Part shown: positions 13,101-25,424 of the stretch, piece by piece | Layout of the letters: each line of letters opens with the position of its first letter | Numbering within the stretch: position 1 is the first letter of the stretch | DNA from: Eledone cirrhosa | Lineage: Eukaryota | DNA length: 64,000 nt | NCBI GenBank assembly: GCA_964016885.1 | Contig: OZ024744.1 | Location: forward strand, 97,154,001 to 97,218,000 | Direction: 5' to 3' | Translations under genes and position numbers: made by a program | The notes under the pieces: model-generated | Told to the model about the DNA's origin: nothing | Seen by the model: only the letters and a program-made list of their open reading frames with translations | Databases searched by the model: none

Positions 13101-14932
13101 AAAGGCATTTGACATGGTGCCTCATTCTTGGATCACCAAAAGCCTAGAAATCTTCAAGGTGGCAGATAACATCAGACAGTTGTTGGGCAAAAGTATGAAG
13201 TCCTAGAAAACAGAGTTAACATCAGCTGGAGAATCCTTGGGAGGCGTGAAGATCAAGAGAGGTATCTTCCAGGGAGATAGTCTGTCCCCTCTGTTGTTTG
13301 TCCTTGCCCTGATGCCCCTGACCATTATATTGCGAAAAGTGAGAGCAGGATACAAGTTGGGAAAGGGAGAGCTTACCATCAATCACGTCCTCTTCATAGA
13401 CGATCTTAAGCTCTTCGGGAAGAGTGAGAAGGAGTTGGATGTGCTTGTTGACACTGTCCGTATTTTCAGCAATGATATATGTATGCAATTTGGTATTAGT
13501 AAGTGTGGAGTCGTTGTGATGAAAAGGGGTAAATTGAGCAGAAGCAACGGAATCCAGGTACCAACAGGTGAGATGATAAAGGAAATTGACACTGAAGAAG
13601 GATACAAGTATTTGGGTGTTCTGGAGGCTGATAACATCAAGAACAAAAAAATAAAGGAATTGATAAGATCTGAGTACATTCGGAGAGTAAGGAGCGTATT
13701 AAAATCACACCTGAACAGTAGGAATGCCATAAGTGCAGTAAATTCCCGAACTGTGTCTATTATTAGGTACAGTGCGGGAATTCTGAGATGGAATGTTGCT
13801 GAACAAAAAGAAATGGATAGGAAAACTAGGAAGCTATTGACTATCTACAACATGTTCCACAAGAGGAGTGATGTGGATAGACTCTACTTAAGGAGATCTG
13901 AAGGTGGAAGAGGTCTTATCAGCATAGAGGACTGTGTTCAGATGGAAAAAAACAACCTACACAAATACGTGACTGATAGTAAGGAGTCAATGTTCAGAAT
14001 TGTACTGAAGGAGAGTACAATAGACTAGGGGATGTCCAAGGAGGAAATAACAACAAGGAGAAAGAGCAGCCTTCATGAAAAATCCCTTCATAGTACCTTC
14101 TTTGAGAAAACTGAATTCAGAGATCCACAGACATGGAACTGGTTGAAAAGAGGAGACCTTAAAAAGGCTGCAGAAGGAATGTTAATGGCTGCGCAAGAGC
14201 AAGCCCTCAAAACGAAGTGGCTGAAACACCATATTGACAAGTAGGAGGCTACCCCACTGTGCAGGATCTGTGGAGAGAGAAAGAGGAGACTGTGGCTCAC
14301 ATTGTATCCGAGTCTAAACACCTAGCCCAGACTCACTATAAGGGCTGGAGACATGATGTGATGGGCAGGGTGATCCACTGGCACCTATGCAAAGTAAACA
14401 ATTTACCACATTCTGAGAAGTGGTATGGGCATAAGCCAGAGTCGGTGATAGAAAACGATCATGTGAAGGTCCTATGGGATTTTAGGATACAGACGGACAA
14501 GAAACTGGAACACAATAGACCTGACCTGGTGGTTTTGGACAAGGAAAAAAGATCGTGCCTGATTGTGGATGTGGCCTGCCCATTCGACACGAGAGTGCAA
14601 GAGAAGGAGAGGGAGAAAATTAACCGATACCAGGACTTAAAGTGGGAGGTAAAAAGGATTTGGAACTGCCATGAAGTCAAAGTGGTCCCGATTGTCATAG
14701 GCGCACTAGGTACTATCTAAAAAAGTTTCCAGGGATGGTTAAAGAAAACTGGCCCCAACCCGCTTTTTGGAACACTTCAAAAGGCATGCTTGCTGGGAAC
14801 AGCAAGAACCCTCCGATACGTCCTGAATATCTGAGGCTGCAGGTAGTGGCTTGATATTCATTTCAACAAACTTTCCAGTTAACTAACATCAATGACTGAA
14901 ACTTAAAGAACAATAATAATAATAATAATAAT
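13101..14932 (+). mobile_element. R4/Dong-clade LINE, 5'-truncated decayed copy with (AAT)7 tail
   Basis: Starts at KAFDMVPHSW. Contains RT motifs GIFQGDSLSP and LFIDDLK, a CCHC remnant and the RLE domain, with in-frame stops. It begins immediately after the tail of the previous copy. Confidence 0.93.
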
Positions 14933-17900
14933 GATTTCTTTATTGGCCACAAGGGCTGACATCAAGAAAAACATTGTTTTGTTCGAGTAAAGATTTTTTA
15001 TTATTTATATAAGAAAAGAAAAAGAAAAAGACATAGAAACATATATATATATAAACAATAAAAATGAAAATTGAAACAATGAAAAATTCCTCAATAGGGG
15101 GGAAACCTCCGAGGGTTACTCGTGACGAAAACCACACAAAAGACCACGGCCACCCTGACCAACAGGGCAAGCGCCCTCTCTCAATTTTTCCATTTCTCAA
15201 ACTACAGGCGTATATTCAGAGCGGTCCCGTTTACTCGGCCCATTCTCACTACATTCACCCACCTTTCAACAAACTTGCTAGAAGGCAGCACTTGCCTCTC
15301 CACTCTGATTTTCCTCTTCAAGTGAAACTTGAAAAAGTTAATTAGGGATTCGCCGAAGAGGAAAGTGTCTGTCTTTAACCTTTTCAACCTTGTCCACCAC
15401 ACAATCTCTTTCGTCATGGCCACCAGACAGATGAAAACAGCTTGCCCTTCCTCCTCGAAGGAAGACGGCGAGACCATCTGCACAATGGACTCAGTCGATA
15501 ACCGGATCAGTCCTACATGCGACAACAAGTGTTCGACATAGCTCCACAAGTCAGCAATGCTCGAGCACTGAACGAGTGCGTGCACGACGGCTTCGTCGCT
15601 CTGCGCGCATCTCGGACAGGCTCGGCTGACGGCGCTTCCGTGCTTGTAGAGCTTATCTCGAACCGGCAGCGCTCCCCGGTAGCACTGCCAGGCCAGGGAT
15701 TTTTGGAAGTTATCCATAGGCCCTGGGCTGAAAGTTCTCCAGAAGAGAGCAAACAGCTGATCTTCTTCGACGCCCAGGATCTCTCCGAGAACGTCGTCGC
15801 TCTTCCTCTCCACTAGACCTCTTTAGAACGCCGAGGTGGATGTTCCACCGATACTGGTGCCCAGCTTGCAGAGGGCAGTGAGCGCCTGGAGACATTCCAG
15901 TTTCCAAGCGCTATCTCTCGGTCTTTTTCTGACCCAGGACTGCAGCTCCGTCAAGGAGACGAGCTATGGGAAAACGTGCCTGGCGAACGGCGACCACACC
16001 TGTTCACCGTCAAGGAAGCACCAGAGATCTCGCAGCCTCAGCGCATGTTTGCGCGTCTTCAGCCATGGCATGCCCAGTCCTCCACGCAACGGGTGTTGAC
16101 AGCAGATGGATCGTCTGACCATGGGATCGCGTCCCTTCCACAAAAAACGGAAGAGGAGGCGCTCCATTTTGGTGAGATTTGTATTGGAGCAAGGGACGAC
16201 GGTGAGGCGGTAGCAGATGACGGACTCGATGTACGCATTCGCCACCTTCGCCTGGCCTTTCAGGGACAGTTTTCTCTCGGCCCATTTCTGGGTGAGGGAG
16301 GCCACTCTGCTCGTCACCTCGCTCCAGGTTTTCTCCATCTGGAGGTCCGGTCCGAATCAGGGCCCGAGCAATTTAACCGGTCCGTCCGTCCGACGCCCCA
16401 CAGCGCTGTCGGACGGCATGGACTTTCCTCTCCAGGTGCCGAGTTGCAAGCCCACCGACTTTTCCTGGTTTATCTTTGTTCCTGTCACCGCTTCGTATTC
16501 CTTGAGAGCGGTGCCGAGCATCTGGACGTGTCTGGTGCTCGACACCACCACGGTGACGTCGTCAGTGTCAGCCGACTCGGATTTCCCGCATCCTAGTTCG
16601 CGTGGGACGCTCCTCATCGCCCCCAGTTTGTGCAGTAACGGCTCGAGAGCCAATACGTACAAGAAGGACGAGAGGGGACAACCCTGGCGCACCGAGCACA
16701 GGATGCTGAACGGCTGCGACAGGTGACCGTTCACCTTCACAACCGAGATGTCGCTGTACATCCCAGCGATCCAACCCCTGAAAACGGGCCCGAAACCGAC
16801 TGCCTCGAGGACCGCCGCCAGGTACCGATTGTCGACCCTATCGAATGCTTTGGATTGATCCAAGTTGACCAGGTTCCTTAACCACCCGTGCCAGGTTCCT
16901 TAACCACCCTCTCTATGATGTATCACATGAGGTGGAGGTTGTCGTGTATGGATCTGTCCGGAATGGCGCATGTCTGCGCCTCTCCTATGAGACCCTTGAC
17001 GACAAGCGCCAACCACTTTGCTAACACGTTGGCCAATATCTTGAACTCTGAGTTTAGCAGGGTTATCGGCCTGAAGTTTTCAATAACATCCCCCTTGTTC
17101 GGGTCTTTTCTCAGCAGCGCCACCGCTCCCCGGCTCACAAAACTGGCAATGCTCCCGTTCTGCTTCCAGTTGCATTAGACGTCTGCCAAGAGGTCCTCGA
17201 ACAAGTCTGGCATAAATGCATAAAGCTCGTAGGGTAGACCATCCAAACCTGGCGATTTACCCCTCATGCAGTTATTTCACCGGCTGTTATTGGCTTTTCG
17301 CAAGATTGTGCTGCAGTCGTCGAGAGCCGAGGCAGTCCGTTGGGGTATGCACTGAAGTCCATACCCCGATTCGGCCCGCCGCTGCTTCCGAACAGTTCAG
17401 CAAATTGCTGCTGAAAAGCTTCACAAATTTCCTCTATCACTAGTCCTTTGCTAAGCCTAATAGACTCTACTTTAATTGCCCTTTTCAGGGCGAACCACCT
17501 CCTGTTGTCGACGACCGCTCACGTCAACGCCCGCTTAACTAATGCGCTAATTCGGTCTCTGCAGAATACCCTATCGAGATACGATCTGGATGACCCGATG
17601 CGGTTTGTCCATGTCCACATTGGCACATTCGGGTGATCCAGTCGATACCTGTCAGACAGTTCAAAACGTCTCAGCAGGTTGGTGAGGCTCTTGCACCCTC
17701 CTACCCTATCCACTAGCCCCACACAATCCTAGCGTGCATCCAAGATACCGTTACAGTCGCCCACTAACACTAAAGAACGGGACGTTCCAAGAAAGGTCTC
17801 TAGACGTCTAAAGAAATCTGGCCGTCCTGTCCCTGTCGGAGCATAGACGGCTACTAGCCTGAAAGCGTTGCCTTCGGTGCCACTTACGTCCAGCCCCACC

Positions 17901-20187
17901 GACTTACCTTCTGAGTCCAGGAAGATGGTCCGTATGGCGAGACCCAAGCCCTTCCGAAACAACACAGCCACTCCCCCCCCGCTCCCAGACGGCTCCGAGA
18001 TGCGTACATCTCGTAACCGTTGAAGATCGGTGCGAAATCATGCGTTTCGGAGATTCTCGTCTCGCTGATGGCCATCACATCTATGTTTAGTGACCTGAGG
18101 TCGTTAAGCAAGTGACCCTGCTTCCAAATCGAGCTCAAGCCACGCACGTTTACATTTCCGATCCTGAATACAGCCATGTTGGGTGAGGAACGGGGTAAGT
18201 GAGAAAGGATCACTTACCTTGATCGTCTGGTGAAGGGACCGTTGAATCGTCCCTTCGGCTGGTCGTCGGCTCTTCTGTGAGTATATCCGAGTATACTCTC
18301 CGGTTGAGTGTCCCTCCTAGGTCTCTGAAATCACCAACTGCGTTGGGGAATTTCATTTTAATGTTTGTGTATTGTTTCTGTGCTATTCCTACCAGTCTTA
18401 TGTTCGTTGGTGTTTTGATTGGTGCTGGTATTATGTAGTGGTGCTGTGAAATGTCTGTGTGATCAATTATGTCAGTCATTAGTTTCTTGTGTGTATTTAT
18501 TGCTGTGCATTTCTTTTTCTGTGGGTGGGGTGTGGTTCTGCTATTTTCTTGTCGTTGCTGGGTGTGCGTGTTTTGTTGTGTTTGCGATGTTGGTGCTTGT
18601 GGTGGTGTTGTTGAAGGTGTTGTTGTTGTTGGCGGTGGTTCTGTGAGGTCGGGAGGGGTATCAGCTCCACTCTTTCACTTGTTCTTGTTGGTGATGGGTG
18701 CAGTGGAGTCTCTGTTGCAGCTGCAGTTGGTATTACTGTTGTTGTTGTTAATACTTCCACTGCTGCTGCTGTTCTTGATTTCCGTGGCGTGGGTATTGGT
18801 GCCACGGACCTATCCTTTCTGCTTGCCGCCTGTCCTGTTGCTGGTAGCAGGGGAGCCGGTTTCGGAAGGAGGGGGATTTCTCCTTTCTCAGGGTCTTTTC
18901 TTTGCAGAAAGCCCTGATGTGAGTCTTCGACCCACAGCGAAAGCATTTCGGGCGTTTGCCCTCAACACTTATGGGAAGTTGAGTGCCGTTATCGAAGTCT
19001 ATCACATCCGGGATAGCTTCGATGCACTCCTGGTTGGTTTGAATTAACATTTCAATGGAGGTACTTTTTTCTGTACTTGCAGTACAGTTGTTTTGTCCGC
19101 GATTCCGACGAGGACAGACGCGGCCAGCCAAGAAGGAGCCATCCCGGGGGGGGGGGGGGGGGGGGGACTTGGGTCAGTTTGACCCTCACAACTTTTTGCC
19201 CGCAGTAGGAGGGCACCAACACCATTTCCTTGCTCCTTAGGGTTCCTAAGGATTGAGCGTTTGCCTCCTGGGGTGTGGCAAAAAGCACGTCCACGGTGGC
19301 ATATTTCTTGCATCTGGTAATATGCGTTTTCCGCTGCCACACAGACTCTAAGGCTTTTTGTATTTGAGCCTCTGTGGCTCTTTCAACCCTACGTGATTTT
19401 GTGCTTACTGTACGGTACGTGACCGTACAGTGCTGTTGGGTTTCGAAAAATTCTTCGGCTGTCTTGCAGATTGCTCGGTGTCCGGTTTTCGTCACCATCT
19501 TCTTTGCTTCCTGTAATTCCTCATTTGTTATAAGGATGATTTCCAGGTTCTTTGCGATACCTGCAAACGAGATTGGTTTTTCTTTCTTGTTGTTGTTGTT
19601 GTTGTCGTCAGAGCTGCTGTTACTTTTGTTGTTGCTGCTGCTGGTCCTACGACCGCCGCCGCCGCTGTTGTTGTTGTAGTTGTTGCTGTTGCTGCTTCTG
19701 TTGTTGTTGCTGCTGCTGCTGTTGTTGTTTATGCTGCTGCTGATGTTGTTGCGGCTGCTACTAGTATTTTTCTCGCCTCGCCACTGTTGCTGCAGCTGCT
19801 GTTATTACGGCTGCTACTGCTATTCTTCATGACGTCAGACGAATGAAATGGCTTTCCGTATTTACCGCACACATCTTTCGTCGTTGTCGTCGTCGTGGAG
19901 AAATGTTCCACGGTATGCGCATTCTCTTGATGAAGAACGCTACGAGAAACTACATTTTTCTTTTTCTTTAATGGTGTCGCTTGCGAAAGAAGCGACAGAG
20001 GCGACACCACATTTAGAGAAGGGAGGGAGAGAGACAATCTTTTCTCTGACGTACTGATGATTGGAGAAGAAGAAGACGGAAGGAGTGGGAGTGACTTGTG
20101 AAAATACTTTTTTGTAGCCATGTTTTTTTACGCTTTAAAATGAATATTGGGCACAAATCCCCAATAACTGGTTATTTAACCCCGAAG
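14933..20187 (-). mobile_element. Decayed L1/Tx1-like LINE, lineage D1 (ORF1 remnants ~18210-20121, ORF2 remnants 15202-~18177)
   Basis: Fragmented APE endonuclease (NVNVRGL, ISETR), RT (DQSKAFDRV, RQGCPLS) and C-terminal Zn finger. ORF1 resembles that of the young copies; the ORF2 N-terminus and 3' UTR are divergent. Confidence 0.92.
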
Positions 20188-23100
20188 TTAATGAGGGCAT
20201 CACCGAAGAGGTAAGTGCTCGTCTTCAGCCCTTCCAAACGTGTCCACCATTCTATCTCTTTCGCCATGGCCACCAGACAGATAAAACCTACCTGCCCTTC
20301 CCGGCTAAAGGAAGAGGGCGGGGCAATCCTCACGATGGACTCAGCTGATAGCTGGATCCGTCCTACACGCGACAGCAGGTATTCGACATAAACCCACAAG
20401 TCAGCAATGCTCGGACACTGGACGAGTGCGTGCAGGACGGTTTCGTCGCCCTGCACGCATGTCGGACATGCCCGGCTGACGGCACCTCCATGCCTGTAGA
20501 GTTTATCCCGAACTGGCAAGGCTCCTCGGTAGCACTGCCAGGCCAGGGATTTCTGGAAGTTGTCCATAGGCCCCGGCCCGAAAGTTCTTCCGAAGAGATT
20601 GGCTAGTTGATTTTCGTCGACGCCTAGATTTTCTCCAAGTATGTCGTCGCTCTTCCCCTCCACTAATCCTGTATAGAACGCCAAGGTGGAGTTTCCACCG
20701 ATCACATTGCCCGATTGGTCGAGGGCTGTGAGCGCCTGAAGATATTCCAGTCTCCAAGCGCTCCCTCTCGGTCTTCGCTTGACCCAGAACTGCAACTCCG
20801 TCAAGGAGACGAGCTGGGGAAAGACGCGTCTAGCAAACGGCGACCACACCTGATCACCGTCGAGTAAGAGGTGGAGATGTCGTAGCCTGACCGCGTGTCT
20901 GCGCATCATCAGCCACGACATACACAGCCCTCCACGTAGCGGGTGTTGACAGCAGATGGACCTCCTGACCATCGGAGCGGGTCCCTTCCACAAAAAGTGA
21001 AAGAGCAAACGCTCCAACGCAGTCAGGCGAGGCTTAGGACAAGGCACGACGGTCAGGCGGTAGTAGATGACGGACGCGATGTACGCGTTAGCCACCTCCG
21101 CTCGACCTTTCAGGGATAGCTTCCTCTCCGCCCATTTCTGGGTGAGAGAAGCCACCCTGCTCGTCACCTCGTCCCAGTTTTTGTCCGTCTGGAGGTCCGG
21201 ACCGAACCAGACCCCTAGCAATTTAACCGGTCGTCCGTCCAGCGTCCGACGACGCTGTTGGACGGCATGGACCTGCCTCTCCAGGTGCCGAGCTGCAGGC
21301 CCACTGACTTTTCCTGGTTGATCATTGCTCCTGTCACCGCTTCGTATTCTCTTAGTGTAGTGCCGATCGCCTCGATGTGTTTGGCGTTCGACACCACTAC
21401 GGTGACATCGTCCGCATCCTAGCTCACGCGGGATCCCCCTCAACGGTTCCAGTTTGTGCAGTAATGGCTCGAGAGTCAATACGTTCAAGAGGGACGAGAG
21501 GGGATATCCTTGGCGGACCGAGCGAATGATGTTGAACAGTTCCGAAAAGTGACCGTTCACTCTCACCACAGAGCAGATGTCACTGTGCATGGCAGCGTTC
21601 CAGCCTCTGAAGACGGGCCCAAAGCCAGCTGCCCTCAGGACTGCCGCTAGGTAACGATGGTCGACCCTATCGAAAGCTTTCGACTGATCTAAATTGATCA
21701 AGGACCCACCCGTGCCAGGTTCCCTAGTTACCCTCTCTACGATGTATCGCATGAGGTGGAGGTTGTCGTGGATGGATCTGTCGGGAATGGCGCATGTCTG
21801 TGCCTCTCCCACCAGACCACCAACGACAAGCGCCAACCTCTTTGCTAGCACCTTGGCCAAAATCTTGAACTCTGTGTTTAACAGAGTTATGGGCCTAAAA
21901 TTATCTATGTTATCCCCCTTGTTCGGATCCTTTCTCAGCAGCGCCACCGCTCCTCGTCTCACAGATCTGGGAATTCTCCCGTTCTGTTGCCAGTTGCAGT
22001 AGATGTCCGCCAAGAGGCCTCCGAACAAGTATGGCATCTGTACGTAAAGTTAATAGGGCAGACCATCCAAACCAGGCGATTTACCCCTTGTGCAGCTAGT
22101 CATTGCCTCCCGTACTTCAGCGGCTGTTATCGGCTTTTCGCAACACCCCACCTCAGTGGCCTAGAGCCGTGGCAGTCCGTCGAGGTAGACACTAAAGTCC
22201 ATCCCTCGATCCGGCCCGCCGCTGCCCCCGAACAACTGAGCGAAGTGTCGCTGAAACGCTTCACACATTTGCTCGGGATCGAGTAGCATGCGCCCGTCGT
22301 GGTCCACCAAAGACCGGATCGTGGCTTTGTTGCCACGACGCGCCTCCGCCACTCGGGGCCACTGAACAGCTTTCGTCCCCTCGTGTATGTGAGCACGCAC
22401 CCTAGCTCTGACAACGCAGCCTTCGAAGAATTGGTCAAGGGCCAATTTCGCCGCAAGTACGTCGGTCGCGATGGCTTTGCTAAGCGCCTCGTCTAATTTT
22501 CTAACTAGTTCTCCCTCTGCTCTATTTTTCTCTATTGCTAAAGCCTTACTAAACCTATTGGACTATTCTAATCACTCTTTTCGTAGCAAACCACCACTTC
22601 TTGTTGACGATGGCCCCCGTCAACTCCCACTTAACTAGTTCGCTAAACCGGTCTCTGTAGGCGTTGCGCGCTGGTAAGGACGCGTTTAGCTTCCAGTAGC
22701 CGGGTCCTCGTCTATGAAGCCTATCTAAGTGAAGCACACAGATCACGAATTTGTGTCCGTGTAGCTGACTATCTTGAATTGTGGACAGCCTATGCTAGAC
22801 CTATCTATTTCGCTACAAAATACTCTATCTAGATATGATCTGGATGACCCTATTCGATTTGTCCAAGTCCACATTGGCACATTCGGGAAATCCAATCGGT
22901 ACCTGTCAGACAGTTCAAAACGCCTGAGCAGGTTGATGAGGCTCTTGCACCATTCTCCCCTATCCGCTAATCCCACACAGTCCCAGCGTGCATCTATGAT
23001 TCCGTTCCAGTCGCCCACTAACACTAAAGAGTGGGACGTTCCAAGAAAGGTCTCAAGACGCCGGAAGAAATCAAGCCGCCCTGCTCCTTACCTTCTGGGT

Positions 23101-25354
23101 CCAGGAAGATGGCCCGTATGGCGAGATCTAAAACTCTCCGAAAAAGCACAGCAACTCCTCCCCCCGATCCAGGACGGCTGGGAGATGCATACACATCGTA
23201 GCTACCGAAGATCAGTGCGAAGGCCCGTGCTTCGGAGATTCTGGTCTCGCTGATGACCACTACATCTATGTTTAGTGACCTGAGGTCGTTGAGCAGATGG
23301 CCCTGCTTCCATGACGACCCCAAGCCACGCGCATTTATGCTGGCTATTCTGAGTGAGGTCATGTTGAAATGGAGTGGAAAAGATGGGAAAGACCACTTAC
23401 CTTACTTCTCGTAGAGGAAGGATGGTTTCTCCATCCTTTTCACTGCTTCTGGCCTCCTCCGGAAGGATGTCCTTATATATCCTCCTGGAGAGTGCTTGTC
23501 GGAAGTCTCCGATGTCTTTGGGGAATTTTTGTTTTAGTGTCGTGTACGTTTTCTGTGTGATGGTGGTGGGAATTTTTGTTTTAGTGTCGTGTACGTTTTC
23601 TGTGTGATGGTGGTGTGAACTTTTGGGTTGTTGTGTAGCATTTTTCTGTTATGCTGGTGTTGTGTTGCATGTAGTGTAATAATTGGTTGTTGTTCAAATT
23701 TAATGCTGTGTAGTGTGTATCGTTTTGGTTGTTTTGTTTTGTTTGCGTTTGTTGTGGGTTTGTTTCTGTTTCACTTTTTTGGTGACTTTTGTGGTGTTGG
23801 GGTTAATGATGGTGATGGTGTTGGTGTTTGTGGTGATGGGGTCGGTGATGCTGGTGTGGATGGTGCCATAGCTGTCCTAACTTTTTTGTTTGATAGTTTA
23901 TTTGTTTCCCTCTGTATTTTGTTTTCGGAGCGAGAAGGAAGAGAATTTTTTTTATTGGTTTCTTTTTCTTTTTTTCTTTTTTCCTGATACCGTTTCCCAC
24001 TCCTCGTCGTCACAATCTGTCTCCAGTTGCGATAGGTCGGGAAGTGGAAAATCCTCCACAGGCGTTGGTTTTGGTTGTGGCGTGGTGGATGGTGTAGGCG
24101 CTGGTGCTAGTTCTCGCGCGTTGTGTGGTGGTGGTGGTATTCGTTTTGCTACTGTTTCTGGGGTTGTTGCTGTTCCAGTTGCTTCTGTTGTTGCTGCTAC
24201 AGTTGATGCTGCCATTTCTGCTGCTGGTGGTGTTGATGGTTGAGTCACTGGAGTGGGTAAGAGAGGTGGCCTCAACCTTTTAGCCTGAGGGCAGAAAGCT
24301 ATTAGGTGGGTTCCTTCACCACAAACGACACACCTAGGCCTTCTGCCCTCGACAATTACGGTGAGGTGGCTGCCGTCTGTGAGGTCTATTACCTCTGGGA
24401 TCTCCTCAATGCTTTTTTGGTCCGCTTGGATTAGGAGCTGCATCGCAGATCCGGACCAGTCCTCCTACTTTTCTTTCGCTATTTCGATTATCTTGGTGTT
24501 GGCTTCGATGCCGGCGAGGACGGCGGCCATTAGCCAGGGAATTTCGATGGCCGGTGGAACGTGGGTGACCCTGATCTTCACGAGTCTCTGGCCACAATAG
24601 CTTGGGACGAGTGTGAAGTCGTCACTTCTTAATGGGGCCATGGAGTGTTCTCTGGTCTCCTGTGGTGTTTCAAACAACACGTCCACGGTTCCATATTTCT
24701 GCCCACGTCTGATGTGGGCTTTTTTTGCCCACACGTGTCCCAAAGCTTTTTGGATTTGGGACTCGGATGCCCGTTCCACTCGGCGCGATTTTATGCTAAT
24801 CGTCCTATAAGACACGGTGCATAGGCGCCGATGCTCCATTTTATTAGGTGGGGGGCTGACCCTGTACCCATCTTTCTTTACCAATTTTTTGTCTTATTCT
24901 AATTCCTCCTGAGATGCCTGGAATGCTTCGCACATTTTTGCTACTCTGGCAAAAGACAGGGTGGTTTGCTTATTCTCATTGTTGCTGTTGTTATCGTTAT
25001 TTTTGTTATTGTTAATTTTAGTTTCAGTTGTGGTGTTCGGTGTGGAAGAGTTCATTTTGGGTGAATTCATTTCTGACAAATTTAAAATATTGCTACTGCT
25101 TATATTTTTAGTGTTGGCAAACGTAGTAATATTTACAATGGTGGTGTCGGTGTGAGGTGTTAGTTTGTGAGGAAGGCTCTCAGCTACTTGGTTCAGCTGT
25201 GAGTCGGCCATGATTTTTCAAAGAAAACATTTTTTATTTTATAATTATAAAAGTTTAAATTTGAGTGTCCTTTTCAGAAATGGCAATTTTAAACAACTGA
25301 AAACAACAAACCTTTGCGGAGCTCACGATGATACGATTTACTACGTAGGTCGCC
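20188..25354 (-). mobile_element. Decayed L1/Tx1-like LINE, lineage D2 (ORF1 remnants ~23396-25211, ORF2 remnants 20188-23362), 3' end deleted
   Basis: ORF2 closely resembles the young copies (MTSLRIASINARGLGSSWKQ). ORF1 is divergent, with Zn knuckle CVVCGEGTHLIAFC. The 5' end abuts (AAT)n. Confidence 0.92.
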
Positions 25355-25363
25355 AATAATAAA

Positions 25364-25423
<60 letters not shown>
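25355..25423. repeat. (AAT)n microsatellite junction
   Basis: Pure AAT run at ~25367-25423, between the D2 5' end and the sequence upstream of the Dong-like ORF. Confidence 0.95.

Positions 25424-25424
<1 letters not shown>

Noticed and set aside
19146-19166. G21 run as a G-quadruplex element
   Set aside because: It corresponds to a G7 run in the young copies; a homopolymer expansion or sequencing error in a dead copy.
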